This document shows, piece after piece, positions 9,301 through 19,347 of a stretch of DNA of 64,000 nt; position 1 is the first letter of the stretch, and the number at the start of each line of letters is the position of its first letter. The translations under genes were made by a program, and so were the position numbers. Origin of the DNA: an uncultured bacterium (lineage in GTDB: Bacteria > Bacteroidota > Ignavibacteria > UBA10030 > BY39); NCBI GenBank assembly GCA_937967455.1, contig CALCJK010000012.1, positions 131,422 through 195,421 of the forward strand, written 5' to 3'. The notes beneath the pieces are model-generated. The model was not told where the DNA came from. It ran no database searches and saw only the letters and a list, made by a program, of their open reading frames with translations.

Positions 9301-9984
9301 TCACTTTAGATTATTTTTATATTCATCATATAACCTTTTGAATAATTTCATATCTTCCCAGGTTGGTCGCTTCCAGCTTTGATTTCTTAACAGCGCTGCG
9401 GGATGATATGTTACTAAAAGCGATGCACCTTTAAATTGAAAAACTTGTTGCCGAAGTTTATTTAAACCATCATTTGTTTTCAATAACCATTGTGCAGCAA
9501 TTCTTCCAAGACATATTATAAATTTTGGTTTAATTAACTCTATTTGTTTTTCAAGATATGGGGTGCATAATTCCATTTCACTTACAAGCGGATCTCGATT
9601 ATTTGGTGGTCTGCACTTCAATATATTACATATATATACATCGCTTCTTTCAAGAGATACGGCTTTAAGGATATTATTTAACAACTGGCCTGCTCTTCCA
9701 ACGAATGGTTCGCCTTGTTCATCTTCGTCAGCACCTGGAGCTTCACCAATTAACATGATTTCAGCATTAGGATTTCCTACACCAAAAACAAAATTTTTTC
9801 TTGTTTCACCTAAAGGACATTTTTTACAAGAAGAGATTTGAGAGTTAAATTCTTCAAGAGAATTTACTTTGTTCCATTCTTCAGGTTGCTCTCGGTAAAT
9901 TGTGTTTCCAAATAAATCTTCCTGTTGCATTAAATATTTCTCAATATCATTTAAAATTTGTGCAAAGTCTTTTTCAATGTTCAT
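9301..9984 (-). CDS. uracil-DNA glycosylase, family 4
   Basis: [29 protein letters not shown] and HPAALLR are family-4 UDG motifs. Confidence 0.85.
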   Translation of the reverse strand: MNIEKDFAQILNDIEKYLMQQEDLFGNTIYREQPEEWNKVNSLEEFNSQISSCKKCPLGETRKNFVFGVGNPNAEIMLIGEAPGADEDEQGEPFVGRAGQLLNNILKAVSLERSDVYICNILKCRPPNNRDPLVSEMELCTPYLEKQIELIKPKFIICLGRIAAQWLLKTNDGLNKLRQQVFQFKGASLLVTYHPAALLRNQSWKRPTWEDMKLFKRLYDEYKNNLK

Positions 9985-11219
9985 TTTTTATTTATAAGTT
10001 TTGCCGAAATAATATGCATCAATTTTTCAGCTAGCATCTCTTTTGGCATTTTCCTGAAACTTTTAATCTTTCCTTTTTTATCGATTAGTTTCACAATATT
10101 TGTATCGTAACTAAAACCTGCACCCTCTTGAAGGGGATTGTTGACTATGATGAAATCCAGATTTTTATTTTTTAATTTTTTCCTTGCTGATTCAATTTCG
10201 TTCTCTGTTTCTAAAGCAAAACCAACCAGAATTTGTTGTTTTGATTTAAATTTGCCAATATATTCTAATATATCAGGATTTCTTTTAAGTTCAATGGTCA
10301 AACTTTCACTTTGTAAATTTTCTTTTTTAATTTTCTTTTTTGAATAATGAGTTGGTTTAAAATCTGATACCGCGGCAGACATAATAATAGCATCAGAAGT
10401 CCGCATATATTTCTTAACATTCTTAAACATTTCATCGGCTGTTTCTATGTCAATTCGCTTAACATTGATTGGTGTTTCGAGTGAGGTACGACCTGTAATT
10501 AGAGTTACATCAGCACCCAGTTTAGATGCTGCTCGTGCAATTGCAAAACCCATTTTGCCTGATGAACGATTTCCAATGAATCTTACAGGATCAATTGATT
10601 CATAAGTAGGTCCAGCTGTAACGAGAATTTTTTTACCCTTTAGAATTGCTTTTTGTCCTTTCAGAACAATTTCCAATTCATTTATAATTGATTTTAACTG
10701 GGGTAATCTTCCTTTCCCACTTAATCCACTGGCGAGTTCGCCAACTTCTGGCTCTATAACAAAAATTCCTCTCTGAATTAGTTTTGAAATATTTTCCTGT
10801 GTTACCTTATTTTCCCACATATATGTATCCATAGCTGGTGAGATAACAATTGGGCATCTAATAGATAGAGCCATTATTGTAACTGGATTATCTGCAATTC
10901 CATAAACAATTTTAGCAATTGTGTTAGCAGTTGCAGGAGCAATCAGAAATACATCTGCCCACTGTCCAAGCTTTATATGCCATGTGTCAGAATTAATTTG
11001 CCAGTTGTGTAAATCTGGAAAAGTATCAGCAATTACAGTGTTTTCCGAAAGAGCTGCAAGTGTTACCGGACTTACAAAATAAGTAGCTGAGTTAGTCATT
11101 ACAACTCTTACTGATGCTCCAACTTTGCGCAATTCACGAATTAAATATGTGGTTTTGTAAGCAGCAATTCCACCAGTTATACCTAATAATATTTTCTTGT
11201 TTTTTAACAAGTTTTTCAT
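9981..11219 (-). CDS. coaBC: bifunctional phosphopantothenoylcysteine decarboxylase / phosphopantothenate--cysteine ligase
   Basis: N-terminal flavoprotein domain (ILLGITGGIAAYK, PATANTIAK) and C-terminal CoaB domain (TAGPTYESIDPVRFIGNRSSGKMG, AAVSDF). Confidence 0.9.
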   Translation of the reverse strand: MKNLLKNKKILLGITGGIAAYKTTYLIRELRKVGASVRVVMTNSATYFVSPVTLAALSENTVIADTFPDLHNWQINSDTWHIKLGQWADVFLIAPATANTIAKIVYGIADNPVTIMALSIRCPIVISPAMDTYMWENKVTQENISKLIQRGIFVIEPEVGELASGLSGKGRLPQLKSIINELEIVLKGQKAILKGKKILVTAGPTYESIDPVRFIGNRSSGKMGFAIARAASKLGADVTLITGRTSLETPINVKRIDIETADEMFKNVKKYMRTSDAIIMSAAVSDFKPTHYSKKKIKKENLQSESLTIELKRNPDILEYIGKFKSKQQILVGFALETENEIESARKKLKNKNLDFIIVNNPLQEGAGFSYDTNIVKLIDKKGKIKSFRKMPKEMLAEKLMHIISAKLINKK

Positions 11220-11536
11220 TCACTATCTATTTCTTTATATCTGTATTCTATTTTATCACTAAGCAATTCATCAATTGCAATCTGCGTTGGTTTGGGACGC
11301 TTCTCGAATTCTTTAGCTATATTTACCTGATCAGGATTAATGTAAGTTTCCATACTATCTGGGTCTTCAGCATAAATATTGGAGAGCTTTGATTTTATTA
11401 GTTCAATTTGTTGATTAAATTCAATTTTAATCTCTTCATTGATCTGTTGAGCTCTCTTGGATAAAACAATAACTGCTTCATAAATATTTTCAACTTTTTC
11501 TTCTAATCTTTTTAGATCAATTGGTTTTACTGCCAT
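11216..11536 (-). CDS. rpoZ: DNA-directed RNA polymerase subunit omega
   Basis: 106 aa with NIYEAVIVLSKRAQQI, a typical omega helix. The conserved gmk-rpoZ-coaBC order supports the call. Confidence 0.6.
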   Translation of the reverse strand: MAVKPIDLKRLEEKVENIYEAVIVLSKRAQQINEEIKIEFNQQIELIKSKLSNIYAEDPDSMETYINPDQVNIAKEFEKRPKPTQIAIDELLSDKIEYRYKEIDSE

Positions 11537-11547
11537 ATCTTTCCTCT

Positions 11548-12129
11548 TTAATTTATTTGTTTTTTAATTATATTTTCGACTTCATTTACGGCTTTAGATA
11601 ACTCATCATTAATGACGATAAAATCAAAATATTTTTTCTGCTTCATTTCCATTTCAACCCTTTCGAGCCGTTTTCTTAGGGTTTGTTCATCTTCTGTTTT
11701 ACGATTTTTTAATCTTTCAACTAGAACCTCTTTATTCGGTACATCAATAAATATAGTTACAGTATTTTCTGGAAATTTCTTTTTGATATTTAATGCACCT
11801 AAAACATCAATGTCAAAAATAATTGTCTTACCATTTTCCATAGCTTTCTGAATTTCAGATACAGGTGTTCCGTAATAATCATCATATATTTTTTGCCATT
11901 CTATTAGCTGATTCTCTTGAATCATTTTCTCAAAACTACTTTTGCTTATAAAATAATAATCTTTACCATCAGTTTCATGTTCTCTCTTTTTTCTGGTAGT
12001 AGCAGAGATTGAAAAATAAAATTCTGGGTGTCTTTTCAAAACTTCTTGTACAATAGTAGTTTTGCCGCAGCCACTTGGAGCAGAAATCACTAAAAATTTT
12101 ACATTATTCAATATTCTGGAGTTGTTCAC
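11548..12129 (-). CDS. gmk: guanylate kinase
   Basis: P-loop SAPSGCGKTT and SISATTRKKREHETDGKDYYF (GMP-binding region). Confidence 0.9.
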   Translation of the reverse strand: MNNSRILNNVKFLVISAPSGCGKTTIVQEVLKRHPEFYFSISATTRKKREHETDGKDYYFISKSSFEKMIQENQLIEWQKIYDDYYGTPVSEIQKAMENGKTIIFDIDVLGALNIKKKFPENTVTIFIDVPNKEVLVERLKNRKTEDEQTLRKRLERVEMEMKQKKYFDFIVINDELSKAVNEVENIIKKQIN

Positions 12130-12988
12130 GTATTTTTTCCAATTCTTCTTTAATTTCGATTGTTAATTGTGAAATACTTGCATCGTTTGATTTTGCGCCA
12201 ATAGTATTTACTTCGCGATGAATTTCTTGAACTAAAAAATTCAGTTTTCTGCCAGAAGGTTCGGGAGATTTTATTGTATCAATAAAATATTTTTTATGGC
12301 TTTTGATTCTAACACATTCTTCGGTGATATCAAGTTTTTCAGCTAGGAAAATAATTTCCAATTCAAGTCTTTTTTCATCAATTTTTTCCTTATCATCAAG
12401 AAGTTGTTTAACTTTAGCACGTAAATTTTTCCTTTCAATTGGAATTCTTTCCTTCGAAATTTTCTCTATCATTAAAACTTTCTTTTCAATATTATTAATT
12501 CTCTTTAGCAGATCTTTTGCAAGCTCATTACCTTCGTTTTCTCTCATCTTAATCAGATTTACAAGAGCTTTATTAATGGCTTTCACGCATAATTGCCAAT
12601 CCAGCTCTTCTTCAAATTGCTTCTCTTCTGGTTGGATAATTTCTGAAAATTTTAAAAGATGATCTATGGTTATTTCTTCCTTTAAATTTACAGATTTTTT
12701 TAAATCATTTAAAAGTTTGTAATAATGTTTTACAGCTTCCTTATTAATCACTAATGATGAGCGATGTGTTGTAACATCAGAGTCCAGGTTGACGGTAAGA
12801 TTTATTTTACCACGGTCGAGTTTTTCCTGAACTATTTCTTTTACATCACTTTCACGGTGGACTAATTCTTTGGGAAGCCTTATTGTTAACTCTAAAAATC
12901 TGCTGTTTACGCTTCTAATTTCTGCAGATGCTTTCTTACCTTTGGTAACAGCTTCCCCATGTCCATAACCCGTCATACTTTTAATCAT
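12104..12988 (-). CDS. yicC: YicC-family stress-induced protein
   Basis: MIKSMTGYG start, RSVNSRFLE, and a C-terminal DUF1732-like EIHREVNTIGAKSND...EKIREQLQNIE. Confidence 0.85.
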   Translation of the reverse strand: MIKSMTGYGHGEAVTKGKKASAEIRSVNSRFLELTIRLPKELVHRESDVKEIVQEKLDRGKINLTVNLDSDVTTHRSSLVINKEAVKHYYKLLNDLKKSVNLKEEITIDHLLKFSEIIQPEEKQFEEELDWQLCVKAINKALVNLIKMRENEGNELAKDLLKRINNIEKKVLMIEKISKERIPIERKNLRAKVKQLLDDKEKIDEKRLELEIIFLAEKLDITEECVRIKSHKKYFIDTIKSPEPSGRKLNFLVQEIHREVNTIGAKSNDASISQLTIEIKEELEKIREQLQNIE

Positions 12989-13159
12989 ATAATACCTATT
13001 ATTTGAACTTATGTGAGTAAAAAAATCGCTTTTTTATATAAATTTAAAGGATTAATAGAATAATTCATTATAAGTTACAAAAAATTTTACTTCTTTCAAA
13101 TACAAGTTTGAGAAAAGATGAAATTTATTTATATTTCATTGGGTAAAATTAAAAATTTT

Positions 13160-14839
13160 ATGATCAATCACTTTATAACATTACAAGTATTAGCTGATGA
13201 ACTCAATAAAACATTGAAAAATGGCATCATTCAGGATGTTTTTACACAACAAAAAGGTGAATTACATATTAATATAATAAAAGATTCCTATGCCAATACA
13301 CTAAGTGCTTCAATAAATCCTCAATTGAATTATCTCTTTGTAAGAGAACAAATTCCAAGAGCTAAAAGAAACTCCATTTCTCTATTTACAGAAATAAGAA
13401 ACGATCAAATTTTAAGTATAACATCACACCTATTCGAAAGAATTATTAAAATAAATCTTAACAGCGGTTTACAGTTACTGTTTCACCTTTTTGGAACAGT
13501 TTCTAGTAATATATTTTTGTTAAATCAGGATAAAATTATAATTAACGCCTTTAAGAACTCAAAGGAATTCGTGAATAAACAATATAAAATTCTCTTTGAG
13601 GAATCGGATTTTAATTATGAAAATTTAATTGCTGATTTTCAAACTTTTAAAAATATATTCTTGCAAGATAAGGATAAAACCACTTATAGTGCTCTCAAAT
13701 CTACATATCCATTTATTGGTTCTACGATTGCTAGAGAAGTTCTTCATCGCTCCGGAGTTGAAGATAAGCTACATATTGATAAGCTTACAACAGATGACTG
13801 TAAAATTATTTTTCAGGAATTAATTAATATTTTTACGGAAGCTAGTAAACCATCGCCAACTATTTATTATAGTGGAAGTGTGCCTAGAGTTTTTTCAATC
13901 TTGAAACTGAGGCACTTATCTGGTTCAAGCTCTGAAAGTTATGAAAGTGTGAACGAAGCAATTAAAACATTTATAATAAAATCTTTCAAGATTTATGATA
14001 TTGATAAAGAAAAAAAGGATTTGATAGTACGAATAAAAAATGAACTTGATAAGCTATTAAGAACCAAAAAATTGATTGAAAATGAAGTCCTTAATGCAAA
14101 AAAGGCAGATGAGTATGATAGAATCGCAAAAATAATTATGGCTAATTTACAGCATCTTACCAAGGGGACAAAAGAAGTTGATATTGAGGATATTTTTGAT
14201 AACAACAAAATGATTCATATAACTCTTGATCCTAAGTTAACACCAGTTCAAAATGCTGAACATTATTTTGCAAAAGCGAGGAAAGCACGTGCAGCAGCCA
14301 CAAATGCATTGGCAAGAATTGAAACAATAGAAAAAGATATTTCCTTGCTTGAAAGATTTCTGCTTCATCTTGATGGTTGCCAGACTCGTGAGCAACTAAA
14401 TGAATTTAAGGATGACAATGAGAATGAATTAAAGCGTTTTAATTTAATAACCCAGAAAGAAAAATTAGAATCCCTGCCTTTTAAAGTTTTTACACTCAGG
14501 AGTGGTTTCGAAGTCTGGGTTGGTAAAAGTTCACAGAAAAACGATTTGCTAACAATGAAATATGCAAAACCAGATGATTTATGGTTTCATGCTCGGGGAG
14601 TAAGTGGCTCACATGTAGTTTTGAAAGTTACTAATAAAAAAGTTAAACCACCAAAAGAAATAATTACACAAGCCGCAAGTATTGCTGCGTATTTTTCAAA
14701 GATGCGTAACGCTATAAATGTACCTGTATCATATTGTGAAAGAAAATATGTAAGAAAACCAAAAGGAAGCCAACCTGGAACTGTAGTACTCGATAGGGAA
14801 AAAGTAATCTTTGTTGATCCAGAGTTACCAACGGTATAA
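13160..14839 (+). CDS. NFACT-family RNA-binding protein (RqcH / fibronectin-binding protein A-like, ribosome quality control)
   Basis: Long coiled-coil middle and a C-terminal DUF814 motif (DLWFHARGVSGSHVVLK...PKGSQPGTV). The ORF is open from ATG 13118, but the ATG at 13160 gives an N-terminus typical of the family. Confidence 0.8.
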   Translation: MINHFITLQVLADELNKTLKNGIIQDVFTQQKGELHINIIKDSYANTLSASINPQLNYLFVREQIPRAKRNSISLFTEIRNDQILSITSHLFERIIKINLNSGLQLLFHLFGTVSSNIFLLNQDKIIINAFKNSKEFVNKQYKILFEESDFNYENLIADFQTFKNIFLQDKDKTTYSALKSTYPFIGSTIAREVLHRSGVEDKLHIDKLTTDDCKIIFQELINIFTEASKPSPTIYYSGSVPRVFSILKLRHLSGSSSESYESVNEAIKTFIIKSFKIYDIDKEKKDLIVRIKNELDKLLRTKKLIENEVLNAKKADEYDRIAKIIMANLQHLTKGTKEVDIEDIFDNNKMIHITLDPKLTPVQNAEHYFAKARKARAAATNALARIETIEKDISLLERFLLHLDGCQTREQLNEFKDDNENELKRFNLITQKEKLESLPFKVFTLRSGFEVWVGKSSQKNDLLTMKYAKPDDLWFHARGVSGSHVVLKVTNKKVKPPKEIITQAASIAAYFSKMRNAINVPVSYCERKYVRKPKGSQPGTVVLDREKVIFVDPELPTV

Positions 14840-14860
14840 CTAATATAAAGGAGCTCGAAA

Positions 14861-16132
14861 ATGAAAATAACATATTTATTGTCAGTCATTTTTTTTGTTA
14901 ATATGAGTTTTTCATTTAATAAAGATACTTTAAGTTCAATAGAAATTGATGATATACCTAAAGTATATTTAAACTGTTTTTTGTGTGATGAAAATTATAT
15001 TAAAACTGAAATTACATATGTAAATTATGTAAGGGATGCAAATATAGCTGATGTTTTGATTTTAGTAACTACCTTACCAACTTCAGCTGCAGGTACAGAA
15101 TATACATTGACCTTTTATGGACAGAACAGATTCAAAAATATGAATGATACATTGGTTTTCATTTCTAAACCAGATGAGACCCCTGATAATGTACGTGAAA
15201 AACTTACTCAAATTTTAAAACTTGGCTTAATTCGCTACGCTGTTAAAACTTCTGTAGGTAAATATCTACAGGTTAGCTACACCAAACCTTCTGTTGCACA
15301 GACAATTGTAGATAAGTGGAATAATTGGGTATTCTCAATTTTTGCTAATTCTAATTTAAATGGAGAAAAATCTTATAGTTATTTTTATTGGATGGGAGGT
15401 TTTAGTGCTAATAGAATTACACAAGAATGGAAGATTACGACAACTTTGTCTATGAATTATAATGAAAATAAATACGATTATGAAGCTGTAAAATTTTTAA
15501 ATGTGTTAAGAGGTTATGAATTTGAGAGTGTAATCGTGAAAAGTGTATGTGATCATACTTCAGCAGGTGGTTACTTTGAAGTAGCATCTTCCACATTCGA
15601 GAATAATAAACTTTCCTTTTCAATTACACCAGCTTTTGAGTATAATTTTTTTCCATATAAAGAATTTACTCGTAAACAATTACGACTAATGTATAAGTTT
15701 AGTTATAGGTACATAAAGTATCATGAAGAGACAATTTATTATAAAAATGTTGAAAATTTATTTAGAAATACTCTATCATTAACTTTTGATATTCAACAAC
15801 CTTGGGGTTCGGTTTCTACATCCGTTTCTACTTCGGCGTATTTTCACGATTTTAAAAAAAGAAGAATATCTGTTTATTCTAATTTAAATTTAAGAATTTT
15901 TGAGGGTTTATCTTTAAATTTATACGCAAGTTACTCAAGGATAAATGATCAGCTTTCTATTCCAAAAGCGGGTGCAACACCCGAAGAGGTAATTCTTCGT
16001 AGAAAACAACTTGCAACGAATTACAGTTATTATGGATATATTGGCTTGAGTTATACATTTGGCTCAATTTATTCAAATATAGTAAATCCGAGATTCGGTA
16101 CATCAAGTAGGATGATATATATCAGTTATTAA
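14861..16132 (+). CDS. hypothetical secreted / outer-membrane protein
   Basis: Signal-peptide-like N-terminus. Tyr/Ser/Asn-rich C-terminal half with alternating hydrophobicity and an aromatic C-terminal residue, suggesting a beta-barrel. No family recognised. Confidence 0.45.
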   Translation: MKITYLLSVIFFVNMSFSFNKDTLSSIEIDDIPKVYLNCFLCDENYIKTEITYVNYVRDANIADVLILVTTLPTSAAGTEYTLTFYGQNRFKNMNDTLVFISKPDETPDNVREKLTQILKLGLIRYAVKTSVGKYLQVSYTKPSVAQTIVDKWNNWVFSIFANSNLNGEKSYSYFYWMGGFSANRITQEWKITTTLSMNYNENKYDYEAVKFLNVLRGYEFESVIVKSVCDHTSAGGYFEVASSTFENNKLSFSITPAFEYNFFPYKEFTRKQLRLMYKFSYRYIKYHEETIYYKNVENLFRNTLSLTFDIQQPWGSVSTSVSTSAYFHDFKKRRISVYSNLNLRIFEGLSLNLYASYSRINDQLSIPKAGATPEEVILRRKQLATNYSYYGYIGLSYTFGSIYSNIVNPRFGTSSRMIYISY

Positions 16133-16172
16133 TTGTTTGTAAATGGAGCATATTATAGTTAAATTTTAAAAA

Positions 16173-17213
16173 ATGCGTAAGTCAGATATTACATCACCTG
16201 AAAAGTTTGAAGGCGAAGTTGAGCTTGATCAAACTTTGCGACCTGTAAGTTTTAATGAGTTTTATGGTCAGGAAAAAATTGTAAATAACCTAAAAGTTTT
16301 TATCTCAGCTGCCAAAAAACGTAAAGAAACACTCGATCATGTTTTGTTGACAGGTCCTCCAGGACTTGGAAAAACAACTTTAGCGCATATTATTGCACAT
16401 GAAATGGGCTCAAATTTAAAAATTACTTCAGGTCCGGCTCTCGATAAACCTTATAATCTGGCTGGTATACTTACAAGTCTAAACGATGGAGATGTGCTTT
16501 TTATTGATGAAATACATCGACTTAATCCTGCGATTGAAGAATATTTATATCCAGCACTCGAAGATTTTTTGATTGATATAGTGATTGATTCTGGTCCTAA
16601 TGCCAGGAATGTGCAAATTAAACTTCCCAAATTTACACTTGTTGGAGCAACAACCAGAGCTGGATTACTTACTGCACCACTTAGAGCACGATTTGGAGTT
16701 ACAAATCGGCTTGATTATTACGATCCAGAAGTTTTAAAGAAAATAATTCTACGTTCTGCAAGAATTTTGAATGTTGAAGTCACAGCGGATGGACTTGATA
16801 TACTTTCCACTCGTTCGCGTGGGACTCCCAGAATTGCAAATCGACTCCTAAAGCGTTGTAGGGATTTTGCCCAAGCAGATAAAAATCTGAAAATTTATAA
16901 AGGTGTTATTAATAAAGAAGTAGCTGAATATTCACTACAAGCTCTTGAAGTTGATAGCCGTGGCTTAGATGAAATGGATAAAAGAATTATTATTACTATT
17001 ATTGAAAAATTTAATGGAGGACCCGTCGGTTTAACAACTTTAGCAACAGCTGTTAATGAAGATCCAGGAACTATAGAAGAAGTTTATGAACCTTACCTTA
17101 TTCAGGAAGGATTTATTCAAAGAACACCAAGAGGAAGAATTGCCAACAAACTCGCTTATGAACATTTTGGTTACAAATTCAAGCATCCATCTCAATTAAA
17201 TTTTAATTTGTGA
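16173..17213 (+). CDS. ruvB: Holliday junction branch migration DNA helicase RuvB
   Basis: [12 protein letters not shown], Walker [12 protein letters not shown], Walker [28 protein letters not shown] and [11 protein letters not shown]. Confidence 0.96.
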   Translation: MRKSDITSPEKFEGEVELDQTLRPVSFNEFYGQEKIVNNLKVFISAAKKRKETLDHVLLTGPPGLGKTTLAHIIAHEMGSNLKITSGPALDKPYNLAGILTSLNDGDVLFIDEIHRLNPAIEEYLYPALEDFLIDIVIDSGPNARNVQIKLPKFTLVGATTRAGLLTAPLRARFGVTNRLDYYDPEVLKKIILRSARILNVEVTADGLDILSTRSRGTPRIANRLLKRCRDFAQADKNLKIYKGVINKEVAEYSLQALEVDSRGLDEMDKRIIITIIEKFNGGPVGLTTLATAVNEDPGTIEEVYEPYLIQEGFIQRTPRGRIANKLAYEHFGYKFKHPSQLNFNL

Positions 17214-17222
17214 GTGTGTTTT

Positions 17223-17663
17223 ATGTTTAGAATTAAATATAATTACAAGCGAACATTTATTGGAAATATTTCAAAAGGTTCTGACTTATATGATGCGTTA
17301 ACACAAATTGTTACTGAAGAAGATATTAGAACCGGGAAAATAATGGCTATCGGAGCGGTATCCGAAGGAGTTATTGGCTTTTTTGATCAAAAGTTAAATA
17401 CGTATAAAAAAATTTTACTTAATTCGGAACATGAAATATTAAATTGCTCTGGAAATATTAGTCTAAAAGAAGGCAAACCATTTGTACATGCGCATATTAT
17501 TTTAGGCGATAAGGAAGGAAAAGTTTTCGGTGGACATTTAATGAACGGAACAAAAGTGTTTGCCTGTGAAGTTGTTATTGACGAATATTCTGGTGAGGAT
17601 TTATATCGTGAAAGAGATGATCTTACCGGACTTTTTCTTTGGAAAGGAAAAAATTTAGTTTGA
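17223..17663 (+). CDS. PPC (DUF296) domain DNA-binding-like protein
   Basis: The pattern GEILNCSGNISL...PFVHAHIILGD..GKVFGGHL resembles the PPC/DUF296 family. The ORF opens at GTG 17214 abutting the ruvB stop; the first ATG is at 17223. Confidence 0.6.
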   Translation: MFRIKYNYKRTFIGNISKGSDLYDALTQIVTEEDIRTGKIMAIGAVSEGVIGFFDQKLNTYKKILLNSEHEILNCSGNISLKEGKPFVHAHIILGDKEGKVFGGHLMNGTKVFACEVVIDEYSGEDLYRERDDLTGLFLWKGKNLV

Positions 17664-17742
17664 ATTTTTTAAAAAAATTTATAAATTCCAGATACTTATT
17701 ATGGTCATTCAGTTTTTAATATTCAATTAAAAAGGAAAGATT

Positions 17743-19347
17743 ATGGCATCATACAAAGATTTGATATCAATCGAGGAAGTGCGTGAGCTTGTACAGCAAG
17801 CTTATGAAGCTGTAATGGAGTTTAAAGCATTTAATCAAGAAAGAGTAGATAAAATTGTTAAAGCTATGGCAGAAGCAGCTTTTGAATCTGCTGAAAAACT
17901 TGCAAAGTTGGCACAAGAAGAAACCGGTTTAGGAAAATTTGAAGATAAAATTATAAAAAACCAGTTTGCATCAAAGAATGTATGGGAATCAATAAAAGAT
18001 CTGAAAACTGTAGGAGTTATAAATCAGGATAAAGAAAAGAGAATTATTGAAATTGGTGAACCAATGGGTGTGGTAGCAGCACTTATTCCATCTACTAATC
18101 CAACATCTACTATGATTTTTAAAACTTTGATCTCAGTTAAAGGAAGAAATGCTATAGTTGCAAGTCCACATCCCAAATCAGTTTTATGCACACTTGAAGC
18201 GGGAAAAATTTTGAGAGAAGCTGCTGATGCTGCTGGCGCACCTAAAGGATTAGTAAATTGTTTGAGTAATCCTACAATTGAAGGTACAAATGAACTGATG
18301 AAACACAAACTAACTGCTGTAATACTTGCTACAGGAAGCAGTGCAATGGTTAAAGCTGCATATAGTTCTGGCAAGCCAGCGTATGGTGTGGGTCCGGGAA
18401 ATGTTCCAGCATTTATTGAACGCACTGCTGATATCCGAAAAGCAGTTGCAGATGTACTTTCGGGCAAACAATTTGATAATGGAGTGCTTTGCTCAACAGA
18501 ATCTGCACTTGTTTGTGATGCACCTGTAAAAGAGCAAGTAGTTGCTGAATGTAAAAGACTTGGAGGTTATTTTGTTGAAGGTGAAGATAAGCAAAAGTTA
18601 GCTCGATTAATGTTTACACCAAAGGGCGAATTAAATCCTGCAGTTGTGGGAAAATCAGCTTTATACATTGCTGAACAAGCAGGAATAAAGGTACCGACTA
18701 ATACAAAAGTGTTGATTGCGGAATTAAATAAGGTTGGTCCTGAAGAACCGCTCTCTCACGAAAAACTTTCTCCAGTACTTTCATTTTATACTGAATTGAA
18801 CTGGCGTGATGCATGCCATCGCTGTATTGAATTGTTAGAGTTTGGAGGGCTTGGTCACACAATGGTAATTCATTCAAGAGATGAAGATATAATAATGAAA
18901 TTTGCACTAGAAAAACCAGCGTTAAGAATACTTGTAAATACACAATCTGCCTTGGGTGCAATTGGAGCAACTAATGAACTAACCCCATCATTAACACTGG
19001 GACCTGGAACACTTGGAGGTTCAATTATATCTGAAAATGTGTCAGCAAAGCATCTGATAAATATAAAACGACTTGTTTTTGAAACTCGCCCTGTAAATAA
19101 ACCTGAAGATGGATTACCAACATTTATAGATTTTCAGCAAAAATCGATTGCTGAACAAAAGGGAACTTCTACTCACTCTTGGATTGAAGAAATCGAAGCG
19201 CGTTTGAGAGCAGGTGCTGGAAATATTCCGGTATGGAAAAAACCTCAGGAAAATTCCCAAAAATCAGATACATCAAAAGTAATACTTGGTAGTGGGATTA
19301 CTGAAGAAGAAGTCGAAAGAATCATTCGTGAGTTTAATAGAAGGTAA
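17743..19347 (+). CDS. CoA-acylating aldehyde dehydrogenase (EutE/PduP-like) with an ~83-aa C-terminal extension
   Basis: Aldehyde dehydrogenase fold with catalytic Cys context DNGVLCSTES and no long N-terminal leader. The canonical domain ends near FETRPV (aa ~451), followed by a tail ending ITEEEVERIIREFNRR. Confidence 0.85.
   Translation: MASYKDLISIEEVRELVQQAYEAVMEFKAFNQERVDKIVKAMAEAAFESAEKLAKLAQEETGLGKFEDKIIKNQFASKNVWESIKDLKTVGVINQDKEKRIIEIGEPMGVVAALIPSTNPTSTMIFKTLISVKGRNAIVASPHPKSVLCTLEAGKILREAADAAGAPKGLVNCLSNPTIEGTNELMKHKLTAVILATGSSAMVKAAYSSGKPAYGVGPGNVPAFIERTADIRKAVADVLSGKQFDNGVLCSTESALVCDAPVKEQVVAECKRLGGYFVEGEDKQKLARLMFTPKGELNPAVVGKSALYIAEQAGIKVPTNTKVLIAELNKVGPEEPLSHEKLSPVLSFYTELNWRDACHRCIELLEFGGLGHTMVIHSRDEDIIMKFALEKPALRILVNTQSALGAIGATNELTPSLTLGPGTLGGSIISENVSAKHLINIKRLVFETRPVNKPEDGLPTFIDFQQKSIAEQKGTSTHSWIEEIEARLRAGAGNIPVWKKPQENSQKSDTSKVILGSGITEEEVERIIREFNRR

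Noticed and set aside
17214-17663. Candidate microcompartment shell protein between ruvB and the aldehyde dehydrogenase
   Set aside because: The sequence matches the PPC/DUF296 pattern and lacks the BMC-H motifs and the EutN/CcmL-type BMC-P features, so no shell gene accompanies the tailed enzymes in this window.
18024-18467. 147-aa antisense ORF within the aldehyde dehydrogenase gene, and similar antisense ORFs at 20092-20526, 58857-59387, 12303-12662, 42164-42493 and 34480-34794
   Set aside because: All lie entirely opposite genes with unambiguous homology-type motifs. They have odd composition and no RBS or recognisable family, as is typical of shadow ORFs in low-GC DNA.
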